This document shows positions 9,801 through 18,293 of a stretch of 32,284 nucleotides of DNA, piece by piece. Source of the stretch: Candidatus Eiseniibacteriota bacterium (GTDB taxonomy: Bacteria; Eisenbacteria; RBG-16-71-46); the NCBI GenBank assembly GCA_031366795.1, contig JANLOX010000249.1:1-32284 (forward strand), in the 5' to 3' direction. Each line of letters opens with the position of its first letter. The first letter of the stretch is position 1. The position numbers and the translations under genes are program-made. Below the pieces are notes generated by a model. The model had not been told where the DNA came from. It saw only the letters and a list, made by a program, of their open reading frames with translations, and did not search any database.

Positions 9801-10187
9801 CCGAACCCGTATCGCGGTTACGCCTCGATCCGCCAGCGTCCCTCGTCGTGGGACCTGACCCCGAACGCCAGCGACCCGACGGGTACGCACGTCGACTTCC
9901 TGGGACTGCCGGGAGGGCAGTGGACGGTGCGCATCTACACCGTCTCAGGCGATCTGGTGCAGGAGATCAAGTCCACCGATGCCGTCAACGAGTCGGTGCG
10001 CCAGGAAGTGCGGCAGGGCACCAAGACGTTCCCTGGCTACAACCGTCAGCAAGACAGCCCACATGATGGGCAGGCTCGCTGGAACCTGATCTCGAGAAAC
10101 GGTCAGGACGTCGTGAGCGGTATTTACCTGTTTACGGTTGAATCGTCCGAGGGTTCACAGCGCGGCAAGTTCGTGGTCATCCGCTAG
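6831..10187 (+). CDS. Large secreted protein (1118 aa) with acidic DxDxDG motifs, a split FN3-like domain, an inserted cupredoxin-like module and a T9SS type A/FlgD-like C-terminal domain
   Basis: SD GAGGAG; signal peptide ending AEA. DGRDNDGDGLIDED motif; FN3-like halves IRLAWD...DFRGYSVWK and FVDHEVKNGFVYFYSVTAFD; C-terminal VVPNPY...IYTVSGDLV...WNLISRNGQDVVSGIYLF...GKFVVIR. Confidence 0.8.
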   Translation: MDTSLQTFRTVRTPRRLRTHALAAFAFVAVLVAGRPAEAHLDWQKESGIVTLDSATAVVRGSASPQNWRSASPLAVPDRFGPGAVLSVGNIRMKVVNTGTLGNPYGNTSTDPSAQWPGTSGVEYLNAILLSVAAVNPTTTDPNSIRRVSYFNEWRPPTLEPVDRIYRAFDGIINGSRFVNDDGDRDRTDPDLPPKIDEDFLDGRDNDGDGLIDEDHAAVGQQEFSYVIRDDTREAINTVFNEKHVPLGLQVKVRAWAYSIQGFQDFNVCEYSVTNVSGHVLDSLAIGWLVDMDAGPVQLAPFWTDDIDFPQYPSGEFTYVVGGAPGNLADPARRQLPHDPSLNSRYPADSALCPRVPIRVNAFSVADQDGDLGRTPGIGTFMLIDHTVDPTGVNGPRRVGFRAFRSTSGGVAFTQGGLPRTDQERFQSMLSTEGVNQETGFINAEQGGARGDYTEWCSVGPWRNVQPKQTVTATIAFGVRPGTSQLASGYPTDYQKYLNHALTGADLMGKYPSLANALTAQVAFDGINETREGYPETQPRDGTPNGRDFHGRETGIKLPRGTPPQTISEDCSAVGRERRDVIVNDREYTWFDFDCDYCTGVWDATSQRGLFHKTWNASAPPPNPSSNVSSLYNFTDNPERKVIPSEDRAIRLAWDNISETTADPKSLWLDFRGYSVWKVGDWLRPVGSAGPNESDWRLLGEFRMFDYFHGINPADLPYEHNYARDGTTGAKVCPNVFIPNYFDPDTKLYGKAIPICLDRFDLWNKQSGEILKPDWTTPCENDTAGAGLAPPMEIISGDLEWGGPIPGGSYEHVFKDAGIYTYMCMRHPLRNGTANDGTINVVTGGADSALVQLLQGVDTRTGSIPDVFSPSSVNIRPGGSVRFVNLSQENHALQTDRHCKLITGVIVHRARKELPTNFDTRIRYPIGRYQFVDHEVKNGFVYFYSVTAFDSTTDNSITTELGGRRSAVEAEAVVPESRTDANGKQGVWVVPNPYRGYASIRQRPSSWDLTPNASDPTGTHVDFLGLPGGQWTVRIYTVSGDLVQEIKSTDAVNESVRQEVRQGTKTFPGYNRQQDSPHDGQARWNLISRNGQDVVSGIYLFTVESSEGSQRGKFVVIR

Positions 10188-10210
10188 TGATGACTGAAGG
10201 AGGAAGAAAC

Positions 10211-11164
10211 GTGAAACGAATTCTTGCAGTGCTCGTGATTCTGGGCGCCCTGAGTCCCAGGACATCCGGCGCTGCCCAAATCTTCGAAAAGGTCGGAACG
10301 TTCGACGGTCAGTTCCTCAAGATTCCCGTCGGCGCTCGCGCCGAGGGAATGGGCGGCGCCTTCGTCGGCGTGGCGGATGATCCCAGCGCGGTGTTCTGGA
10401 ATGCCGCCGGGATCGCGCGCATCGATGCGGACAAGTCGGAGCTCCAGTTCAATCACGCGAACTGGATTGCGGATCTTCGCTTCGACCAGGTGGCGTACGT
10501 GTTCCACGTCAAACGGCTGCCCGGCACGTGGGCTGTTCACGCCCGCTCGCTCAGCATGAACCCGATGATCGAGACCACGTCGTACCAGCCGGATCCCAAC
10601 CAGGGCACGGGTCAGACATTCGACGCCGGCATGATGACCGCAGGTGTCACGTACGCGAGGTCGTTCACCGACAAGTTCAGCGCCGGTGTGACGGGCAGCC
10701 TCGTCCACGAAGGGTTGGCCGACCTGTCCCAGCAGACCTTCACGTTCGACATCGGCACGCTGTACGACGTCGGTGCCTTGGGCATGAAGATCGGCATGGC
10801 CATCTCGAGCATCGGCTCGCAGATCAAGTTCATCGATCGCGAGGCGCGTATCCCGTCGATCTTCCGTGTCGGGACGTCCGCGACGGTCATGCAGAGTGCC
10901 AACCAGAAGCTGCTGGCCTCGTTCGAGTTCTCGCATCCGCCGGACAACTCGGAGCGCCTGAACGTCGGGGGTGAGTACTCCTTCCACAAGTATGTATTCC
11001 TGCGGGGCGGGTACAACATCAACTACGATTCCGAACGGCTCGCCGCCGGCATGGGCCTGCGCTTCCCGGTGTCTGTCGTCGGCATGTCGGACCTGGACTA
11101 CGCCTACACGGACATGGGCGATCTGGGCAGTGTCCACCGTTTCTCCCTGAAGTTCGCGTTCTAG
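10211..11164 (+). CDS. PorV/PorQ-family (FadL-like) outer-membrane beta-barrel (317 aa)
   Basis: GTG start 10211 after GAAGGAGG; signal peptide. Family-type N-terminus FLKIPVGARAEGMGGAFVGVADDPSAVFWNAAGIA; C-terminal DYAY..MGDLGSVHRFSLKFAF. Confidence 0.85.
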   Translation: MKRILAVLVILGALSPRTSGAAQIFEKVGTFDGQFLKIPVGARAEGMGGAFVGVADDPSAVFWNAAGIARIDADKSELQFNHANWIADLRFDQVAYVFHVKRLPGTWAVHARSLSMNPMIETTSYQPDPNQGTGQTFDAGMMTAGVTYARSFTDKFSAGVTGSLVHEGLADLSQQTFTFDIGTLYDVGALGMKIGMAISSIGSQIKFIDREARIPSIFRVGTSATVMQSANQKLLASFEFSHPPDNSERLNVGGEYSFHKYVFLRGGYNINYDSERLAAGMGLRFPVSVVGMSDLDYAYTDMGDLGSVHRFSLKFAF

Positions 11165-11193
11165 CGGAGGCCGTCACGAACCGCTGCTCGAGT

Positions 11194-11236
11194 GCGCAAA
11201 CGCGCTTCCCCAAGGAGGCGCGTTTGCGTTTTGTTT
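11194..11236 (+). terminator. Intrinsic terminator-like hairpin overlapping the GWxTD gene RBS and start
   Basis: 16-bp stem GCGCAAACGCGCTTCC / GGAGGCGCGTTTGCGT (2 G-U pairs), loop CCAA, followed by TTTGTTT. Confidence 0.7.
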
Positions 11237-12687
11237 CCGTGGCGTGGGGTGTCCTCGCAATGTGCGCGATGCTCGGCTCGTTTGCGGGGAGCGCGGGTGC
11301 GCAGGCGCTCAAGCTGACGGAAGGCGTGCGCAAACTGCCGTGGCGCGTGGCGGGGCCCGTCGGCTTCACCGCGGACGTCGCGGCGTTCCCGGATTCGGGC
11401 GCCTTCGCACTCGACGTCTACCTCCGGCTGTCACCCACGACGCTGCTCGCGTTGCTCAAGGACGCCGATCAAAGCGGGCGCGTCCGCATCAGCGCGGACC
11501 TGCGCAGTGGCTTTGGCGGCAAGCGCCAGCAGGCTGAAGAATTCCTCGACATCACGCCGCGCGACACGCTCGGCGAGTATGGCGAGGTCGTGCTGCTGCG
11601 TTTCCCCACGCGCTCGGGTCCGCAGAAGCTGCATGTCCGCGTCGAAGACATGAAGCCCAAGGCAGCCAAGCTGCCGCGCATCGGCAGGCCGGTGCGCTTC
11701 GCCGAGGTCACGGGTGAGTTCGAAGTGCCCGCTGCACAGCAGGGGCGGGCGATATCGGATCCCCAGTTCGTCTGGGATGAGCGCGCCGCATCGCAGACCC
11801 CGTTCGCGCGCATGGGCAGCTCGTTCATCCCGAACCCCGATCGCATCTACGGTCTCTATGGCACCACGCTGCACATCGCCTTCACGGCCGTGGCCCCTGG
11901 GTCCAAGCCGTGGCACTGGCGCGCGCAGGTGGTGGACGAACGCAAGGCACAACTGGTCGCCGCCGAGAGCACTGGAGTTGCAGCCGCGAGGCTCGACGCG
12001 GAAGCGAAGCTCGACCTGAGCTCGCTGCCCGCCGGCGGCTACGACCTCGAGTTGTCGGCGTGGCAGGAGGGCGACGCCAAGCCGCTGACGCGGAGGTCGC
12101 GTTTCAGCATCGCGTGGCATCCCGAGACATGGAGTCGCGCTCCTGGCGAGCTGCAGGACATCGTTCACTTCCTGCTGGACGCTGACGAAGAAGAGCAGTT
12201 CAGCCGCTTGCAGCCCGGCGAGCAGGAGCGTTGGCTCGAGGATTTCTGGCGGCGGCGCGACCCGTCTCCCGACACCGCGGTGAACGAAGCGCGCGACGCG
12301 TTCCTCGGGCGGATCGCGCTGGCCAACAGCCGCTATGGCCGCGCAGGGTTGGAACCCGGCATGTTCTCGGACATGGGGCGCGTATTCGTGCGCTACGGCG
12401 AGCCCTCCGAGATCGAGCGTCAGGTAATCCCGACGGGGGATGAGACGCTGCGCCAGATGATCCAGGAGCTGTCTTACACCGAGAGCCGCGAAGTGGGCAC
12501 CGTACACCAGCAAGGCTTAGGCGGCGACATGCGCCCCTACGAAGTCTGGACCTACGAAGGCACCATCCCGAACCCCGTCGAGTCCGACCCCGAGACCCAC
12601 CGCAACGTGCGCCACAAGCGGCTGGTGTTCCTGTTCGTCGACGACCACGGGCTGGGCGACTTCCGGCTGCGCTACTCGAACGAGTAG
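11224..12687 (+). CDS. GWxTD-domain-containing protein (variant motif)
   Basis: TTG start 5 nt after AAGGAGG; signal peptide. Ig-like segment LDLSSLPAGGYDLEL; domain signature FWRRRDPSPDTAVNE...RIALANSRY...GMFSDMGRVFVRYGEP...YEVWTY...FLFVD..G.G.FRL. Confidence 0.85.
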   Translation: MRFVSVAWGVLAMCAMLGSFAGSAGAQALKLTEGVRKLPWRVAGPVGFTADVAAFPDSGAFALDVYLRLSPTTLLALLKDADQSGRVRISADLRSGFGGKRQQAEEFLDITPRDTLGEYGEVVLLRFPTRSGPQKLHVRVEDMKPKAAKLPRIGRPVRFAEVTGEFEVPAAQQGRAISDPQFVWDERAASQTPFARMGSSFIPNPDRIYGLYGTTLHIAFTAVAPGSKPWHWRAQVVDERKAQLVAAESTGVAAARLDAEAKLDLSSLPAGGYDLELSAWQEGDAKPLTRRSRFSIAWHPETWSRAPGELQDIVHFLLDADEEEQFSRLQPGEQERWLEDFWRRRDPSPDTAVNEARDAFLGRIALANSRYGRAGLEPGMFSDMGRVFVRYGEPSEIERQVIPTGDETLRQMIQELSYTESREVGTVHQQGLGGDMRPYEVWTYEGTIPNPVESDPETHRNVRHKRLVFLFVDDHGLGDFRLRYSNE

Positions 12688-12879
12688 GCGCGGCGCGCGC
12701 GAAGCGCCCGCGTGGCCCGTATGCCGCCTCCATGGCACGCGCATGACATGTGCATGGGGCACGCGCGGGTTTGCCCCGTCGATCCGCCTGCGGCATAGTC
12801 CAGCCGATCGATTTCGCGGCGTTTGGCGTGGCCGCAACGTGCCGTTCCCAGCACGCAATCCAATCGGAAAGGACTCATC

Positions 12880-13877
12880 ATGGCGATCAAAGTGGCCATC
12901 AATGGATTCGGGCGCATCGGCCGTCTCGTCGTTCGCGCGGCCAAGCAGCGCAAGGTTGCCATCGATTTCGTCGGCGTCAATGACCTGACGGACGCCAACA
13001 CGCTGGCCCACCTGCTCAAGTACGACACCGTGCACCGCGTGTGGCACGAGGCTTCGAGCAAGGCCGTGGACGGCAAGCTGTCGATCGCCGGCGACTCGAT
13101 CGCCGTGACGTGCGAGAAGGACCCGTCGAAGCTGCCGTGGAAGGCGCTCGGCGTGGACGTCGTGCTCGAAGCGACCGGCCACTTTTCGGACCGTGACAAG
13201 GCCGCCATTCACCTGACCGCAGGCGCCCGCAAGGTGCTCGTCTCGGCGCCGTCCAAGGGCGCCGACCTGACGTTCGTGATGGGCGTCAACCACAAGCTGT
13301 ATGACGCCGCCAAGCACGACGTCGTGAGCATCGGCTCGTGCACCACGAACTGCCTGGCGCCGGTCGCCAAGGTGTTGAACGACACCTTCGGCATCGACCA
13401 CGGCATGATGACCACGATCCACGCCTACACCAACGACCAGCACATCCTCGACCTGCCGCACAAGGACCTGCGTCGCGCGCGCGCCGCCGCACTCAGCATG
13501 ATCCCGACCTCGACGGGTGCGGCGAAGGCGATCGGCGAAGTGATGCCGGAGCTCAAAGGCCGTCTCGATGGTCTGGCCGTGCGCGTGCCGGTGATGGACG
13601 GATCGCTCGTTGACTTGGTCTGCCAAGTCAAGCGTAGCGTGACGAAGGAAGAGATCAACGCCGCCATCAAGGCGGCGGCCGAGGGCCCGTTCAAGGGCAT
13701 CCTCGAGTACTGCGAGGACCCGATCGTCTCGAACGACGTAATCGGCAACCCGCACAGCAGCGTGTTCGACTCGCTGTCGACCAACGTCATGCAGGGCAAC
13801 ATGGTCAAGATCCTGTCGTGGTACGACAACGAGTGGGGCTTCTCGAACCGCGTCGTCGATGCGCTGTTGATGATGGC

Positions 13878-13881
<4 letters not shown>
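12880..13881 (+). CDS. gap: Type I glyceraldehyde-3-phosphate dehydrogenase
   Basis: ATG 12880 after [40 protein letters not shown]. Confidence 0.98.
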
Positions 13882-15082
<1,201 letters not shown>

Positions 15083-15086
<4 letters not shown>

Positions 15087-15865
15087 TGCCTACGCAATGG
15101 CCACGCCGGCCGAGGCTCGTCGCCGGTAACTGGAAGATGCACAAGACGAGTGCGGAAGGTGGAGCACTCGTGCGCGAGATGGTGGAGCTGCTGAGCGCCC
15201 GCGCCGCGTGCGAGGTCGCGATCTGCCCACCATTCACCGCACTCGACTCCGTGGTCGCAGCACTCGGCCGCAGCGGCATCCACGCCGGCGGCCAGAACCT
15301 GCACGCCGAACCGCAGGGCGCCTTCACCGGTGAGATTTCGGGAACAATGCTGCGGGCAGCCGGATGCAGCTTTGCCATCGTCGGCCACTCCGAACGGCGT
15401 CACGGCATGGGCGAGGACGACGCGACCGTCGCCCGCAAGGCGCGCGCCGCGTTGCGCGATGGGCTGACGCCCATCGTGTGCGTAGGCGAGTTGCTCGAGG
15501 AGCGCGACGGCGGCCGTATGGCCGAAGTGCTCGTGCGCCAGATCCACGGCGTGTATGAAGGTTGGGACAGCACCACTGCGCAGACGACGGTCGTCGCCTA
15601 CGAACCCGTGTGGGCGATCGGCACCGGTCGAGTCGCCACGCCCGAACAAGCGCGCGAGGCGCACCAGGTGATCCGCGCCACGCTCGACCGCGTGTGTGGT
15701 GCGGGGACCGGCGCAAAGGTCGCGATCCTTTATGGGGGCAGCGTCAACGCCGATAATTCGGCCGCGCTGTTCGCTGAGGCCGAGATCGACGGAGCGCTGG
15801 TCGGCGGCGCATCGCTGCAGGCCGCCGCGTTCTGGAAAATCATCGCCGCGGCGGGGCAAAGTTAG
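15083..15865 (+). CDS. tpiA: Triosephosphate isomerase
   Basis: AGNWKM, GAFTGE, GHSERR, AYEPVWAIGTG, YGGSV, LVGGASL. Start is 15083 or 15086. Confidence 0.98.
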
Positions 15866-15889
15866 CCGCAAAGGCCCGAATCGCACGGG

Positions 15890-15919
15890 TTGACGCATAG
15901 GGGGGGCCGTTGTTAAGGT
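15890..15919 (+). promoter_or_regulatory. Putative sigma70 promoter for secG/tRNA-Leu
   Basis: TTGACG (15890-15895), 18-nt spacer ending TGT, TAAGGT (15914-15919), i.e. extended -10 TGnTAnnnT. Confidence 0.55.
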
Positions 15920-15999
15920 TCCCCGCCGCATAGAGTTCGCGATTTCCACGGTATTTCTGGCGTTTCTTGAGACGCCTGCTCCGCCTTCCGAGGGTTTCC

Positions 16000-16446
16000 A
16001 TGTACGCGTTCCTGCTGATCCTGCATCTGCTCATCTGCCTGGCGCTGATCGGCGTCGTGCTCATTCAGTCCGGCAAGGGCGGCGGGCTAGCCGGCGGCGC
16101 GTTCGGCGGCTCGGCCCAGACCGTGTTCGGCGGCCGTGGCGCCACCGACGTGGTGACCCGCGCGACAATGATATTAGGCGGCATGTTCTTCGTGACCTCG
16201 GTGACGCTGGCGCTGATCACCTCCGGCCAGCACGGTGGTACGACGAAGAGCCTCGTGCAGGAAGCCGCGAAGAAGGCCGGTGCCACGCAGCCGCAGGGCG
16301 GCCCGCTCAACACCGGCTCGAACAACCCGACGACCACCGCACCCGCGACCGGTGCGAGGGCACCCGCGACGGGAACCGCAGCGCCGGCCCCCGGCACCGC
16401 CCCCGCCCCGGCACCCGCGGCGCCTGCTCCGGCAGGAGGCAAGTAG
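16000..16446 (+). CDS. secG: Preprotein translocase subunit SecG with long Pro/Ala/Thr-rich C-terminal tail
   Basis: Two TM helices flanking VLIQSGKGGGLAGGAFGG..QTVFG.RG; conserved tpiA-secG-tRNA-Leu synteny. Confidence 0.95.
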   Translation: MYAFLLILHLLICLALIGVVLIQSGKGGGLAGGAFGGSAQTVFGGRGATDVVTRATMILGGMFFVTSVTLALITSGQHGGTTKSLVQEAAKKAGATQPQGGPLNTGSNNPTTTAPATGARAPATGTAAPAPGTAPAPAPAAPAPAGGK

Positions 16447-16475
16447 CAGCAGAACGAAGCACAGGAATTGTGTGT

Positions 16476-16560
16476 GCCCGGGTGGTGGAATTGGCAGACA
16501 CGCACGCTTGAGGTGCGTGTGGGGAAACCCGTGCGAGTTCAAATCTCGCCCCGGGCACCA
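16476..16560 (+). tRNA. tRNA-Leu (anticodon GAG)
   Basis: Acceptor stem GCCCGGG/CCCGGGC plus A-CCA; D-arm TGGTGGAATTGGCAGACA; anticodon arm CACGC-TTGAGGT-GCGTG; long variable arm GGG-GAAA-CCC region; T-loop GTTCAAATC. Confidence 0.97.
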
Positions 16561-16575
16561 CTAGAAGAGACAAAG

Positions 16576-16618
16576 AAACCCGCGATCGCAGGAGACTGCG
16601 ATGGCGGGTTTTTCGTTT
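16576..16618 (+). terminator. Rho-independent terminator after tRNA-Leu
   Basis: Stem AAACCCGCGATCGCAG / CTGCGATGGCGGGTTT (one mismatch) with GAGA tetraloop and a T-rich tail. Confidence 0.85.
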
Positions 16619-17004
16619 GTCGGAGTATTTGTCCGAGTGGGAGCGAAGCTTTGCGCCGAGCGTGCTGCCGCGCTTGATGCTCCCGGCGCTCAATAGTCGA
16701 ACCCCAGCCCAACCGGGCCCTTATGCGTGCTTGACCACCACGTCCAAGTGGTCTTCGTCGTTCGGCGAGCCCGGCGGGGTGACCGATTCCGTCTGGGTGG
16801 CGGTCGTTCGCGACGCGGCGCGTGATGCCCTCCAGCTCATCAAGGCGGACACGCTGCAGCACACCGCACAGGTGCCGGCGACGTGCTGACGGCTCGTTGT
16901 CGCAAGCACCCAGCGTCCTCGCCGCGCTGCGATAAGGCGGCGTGCAGGAGTAGCGACGAGGCGATTGCCAGTGACACGCGTCGACCCGCCTAGCAAGCTG
17001 TAGG

Positions 17005-17026
17005 GAGGGGTGAAAGAGGGGTGAAA
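17005..17026 (+). repeat. Tandem 11-bp duplication (GAGGGGTGAAA x2) forming the DUF433 RBS
   Basis: Exact direct repeat 17005-17015 / 17016-17026, ending 1 nt before ATG 17028. Confidence 0.85.
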
Positions 17027-17027
17027 G

Positions 17028-17255
17028 ATGATCTATACAAGAATCACGATCAACCCAAATCAGATGGGTGGGGTTCCTTGCATTAGGGTACTTCGCATGC
17101 CTGTCGCCACTGTCATCCGAATGGTGGCCGAGGGCATGCCGACGGAAAAAATTCTCGAGGAACACCCGAGTCTCGAGAGGGAAGACATCCAAGAAGCGCT
17201 CCGCTACGCGGCGGAAGCTGTTCGCGAACGAGATCTGCCCCGGACCGGGACGTGA
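17028..17255 (+). CDS. DUF433-family antitoxin (VapB45-like)
   Basis: RITINPNQMGGVPCIR..R.PV..V....A.G...E.I....P.LE.EDI..AL.YAA is the DUF433 pattern. GTGA overlap with the toxin gene. Confidence 0.92.
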   Translation: MIYTRITINPNQMGGVPCIRVLRMPVATVIRMVAEGMPTEKILEEHPSLEREDIQEALRYAAEAVRERDLPRTGT

Positions 17256-17470
17256 AGTTCCTGGTGGACCAGTGCCTTTCGCCGACACTTGCGACCCTGC
17301 TTTCAGGCGCGGGACATGATGCGGTGCACGTCGCTGAACGCGGGATGGAGCGCGCTGCGGGTCAGTATGCCCCGGGGCATGTCACGATTCCGCGCCTCGC
17401 GCCGCGCCTCGCCGCTTACTTCCCGACGATCTCCTGCGCGAACCCGTCCATCGTCTCGGCGTCGATGTAG
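17252..17470 (+). pseudogene. Truncated DUF5615-family PIN-like toxin (VapC45-like)
   Basis: MKFLVDQCLSP.LA.LL..AGHDAVHV...G matches the DUF5615 N-terminus. Similarity ends near residue 35, the usual T.D.DF segment is absent, and the frame runs 55 nt into the convergent TlpA gene. Confidence 0.75.
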
Positions 17471-17904
17471 CCGGTGACGCGCCGCACGACTTCGCCGCGG
17501 CGGTTGATGAACAGGGTCGTGGGGATCGAGCGGATGGGGCCGTAGTCGTCGAGCACGTCTTCGCTGGCGAGGGCCATGCGGAAGCGCACTCCCAACTTGT
17601 CGGCGTAGCGACGGACGACGGGGGCGGGTTCGTCGTCGACCGAGAGGCCGATCACGACCAAGCCTTGCGACTGGAAGTGATCTTGAAGTCGGTTCAAGTG
17701 CGGCATGCTCGCGCGGCAGGGGGCGCACCAAGTGGCCCAGAAGTCGACGACGACGGGCTGGCCCTTGTAGTCGGAGAGCTTGAGTGGCTTGCCATCGAGG
17801 CCTTTGAGCGTGAACGGGGCGGCGGTTTCAGCGCTGCGGGCCGAACGGGGAACAGCAGTGGCGGCCATACAGGCGACGAGACACGCGATCAGCAGCAGAC
17901 GCAC
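17416..17904 (-). CDS. TlpA/ResA-family thiol:disulfide oxidoreductase (162 aa)
   Basis: GTG start 17904 after AAGGAG; signal peptide; APFTL..LDG..LKLSDYKG..VVVDFWATWCAPC, cis-Pro segment IPTT. Confidence 0.92.
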   Translation of the reverse strand: MRLLLIACLVACMAATAVPRSARSAETAAPFTLKGLDGKPLKLSDYKGQPVVVDFWATWCAPCRASMPHLNRLQDHFQSQGLVVIGLSVDDEPAPVVRRYADKLGVRFRMALASEDVLDDYGPIRSIPTTLFINRRGEVVRRVTGYIDAETMDGFAQEIVGK

Positions 17905-18172
17905 GGACAACTCCTTCTCAAAGATGGAAGCGACAACACCAGGGTGCACGGCCTGCGCCTACGGCACCCGTAATGGTATCGACTCTGACGCTCGATTCGC
18001 ACGTGCCGGAGCGGTGTTTTTGCAGCGGCTTGACGGGTGAGGGCGCAAGTTTTCAGTCAGGGGACCAGGGAGGCGCCGGATGGCCCAAACTTGGGAACAG
18101 AACGGGGGCGGGCGGCGTATGCAGGGCAGCTTGGTGACGGGCGGGACGTGACGCGAAAGTGACCTCGATTTC

Positions 18173-18202
18173 TTGAGGGAGCTTTTCCGCGTGTGCTAGC
18201 GT
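18173..18202 (+). promoter_or_regulatory. Putative sigma70 promoter of the tol-pal operon
   Basis: TTGAGG (18173-18178), 18-nt spacer ending TGC, TAGCGT (18197-18202), extended -10. Confidence 0.5.
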
Positions 18203-18293
18203 GGCTCAAATTCTCCCCTCTTAACAACGGGACGCAACCGCGACCTTATCTTTTGGCAAGGTCCGGTCGCTGCGTCGCGACTTCACAGGGAGT

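Noticed and set aside
13327..13353. GAPDH active-site variant SIGSCTTNC (usually SNASCTTNC)
   Set aside because: The catalytic Cys and all other motifs are intact and the operon context is canonical; treated as ordinary divergence.
16617..16889. 90-aa ORF after the tRNA terminator
   Set aside because: It starts inside the terminator tail, has no SD and no recognisable motif; at most a gene fragment.
16561..17415. Intact integrative element or prophage at tRNA-Leu
   Set aside because: No integrase or transposase and no clear long att duplication; reported only as a possible remnant.
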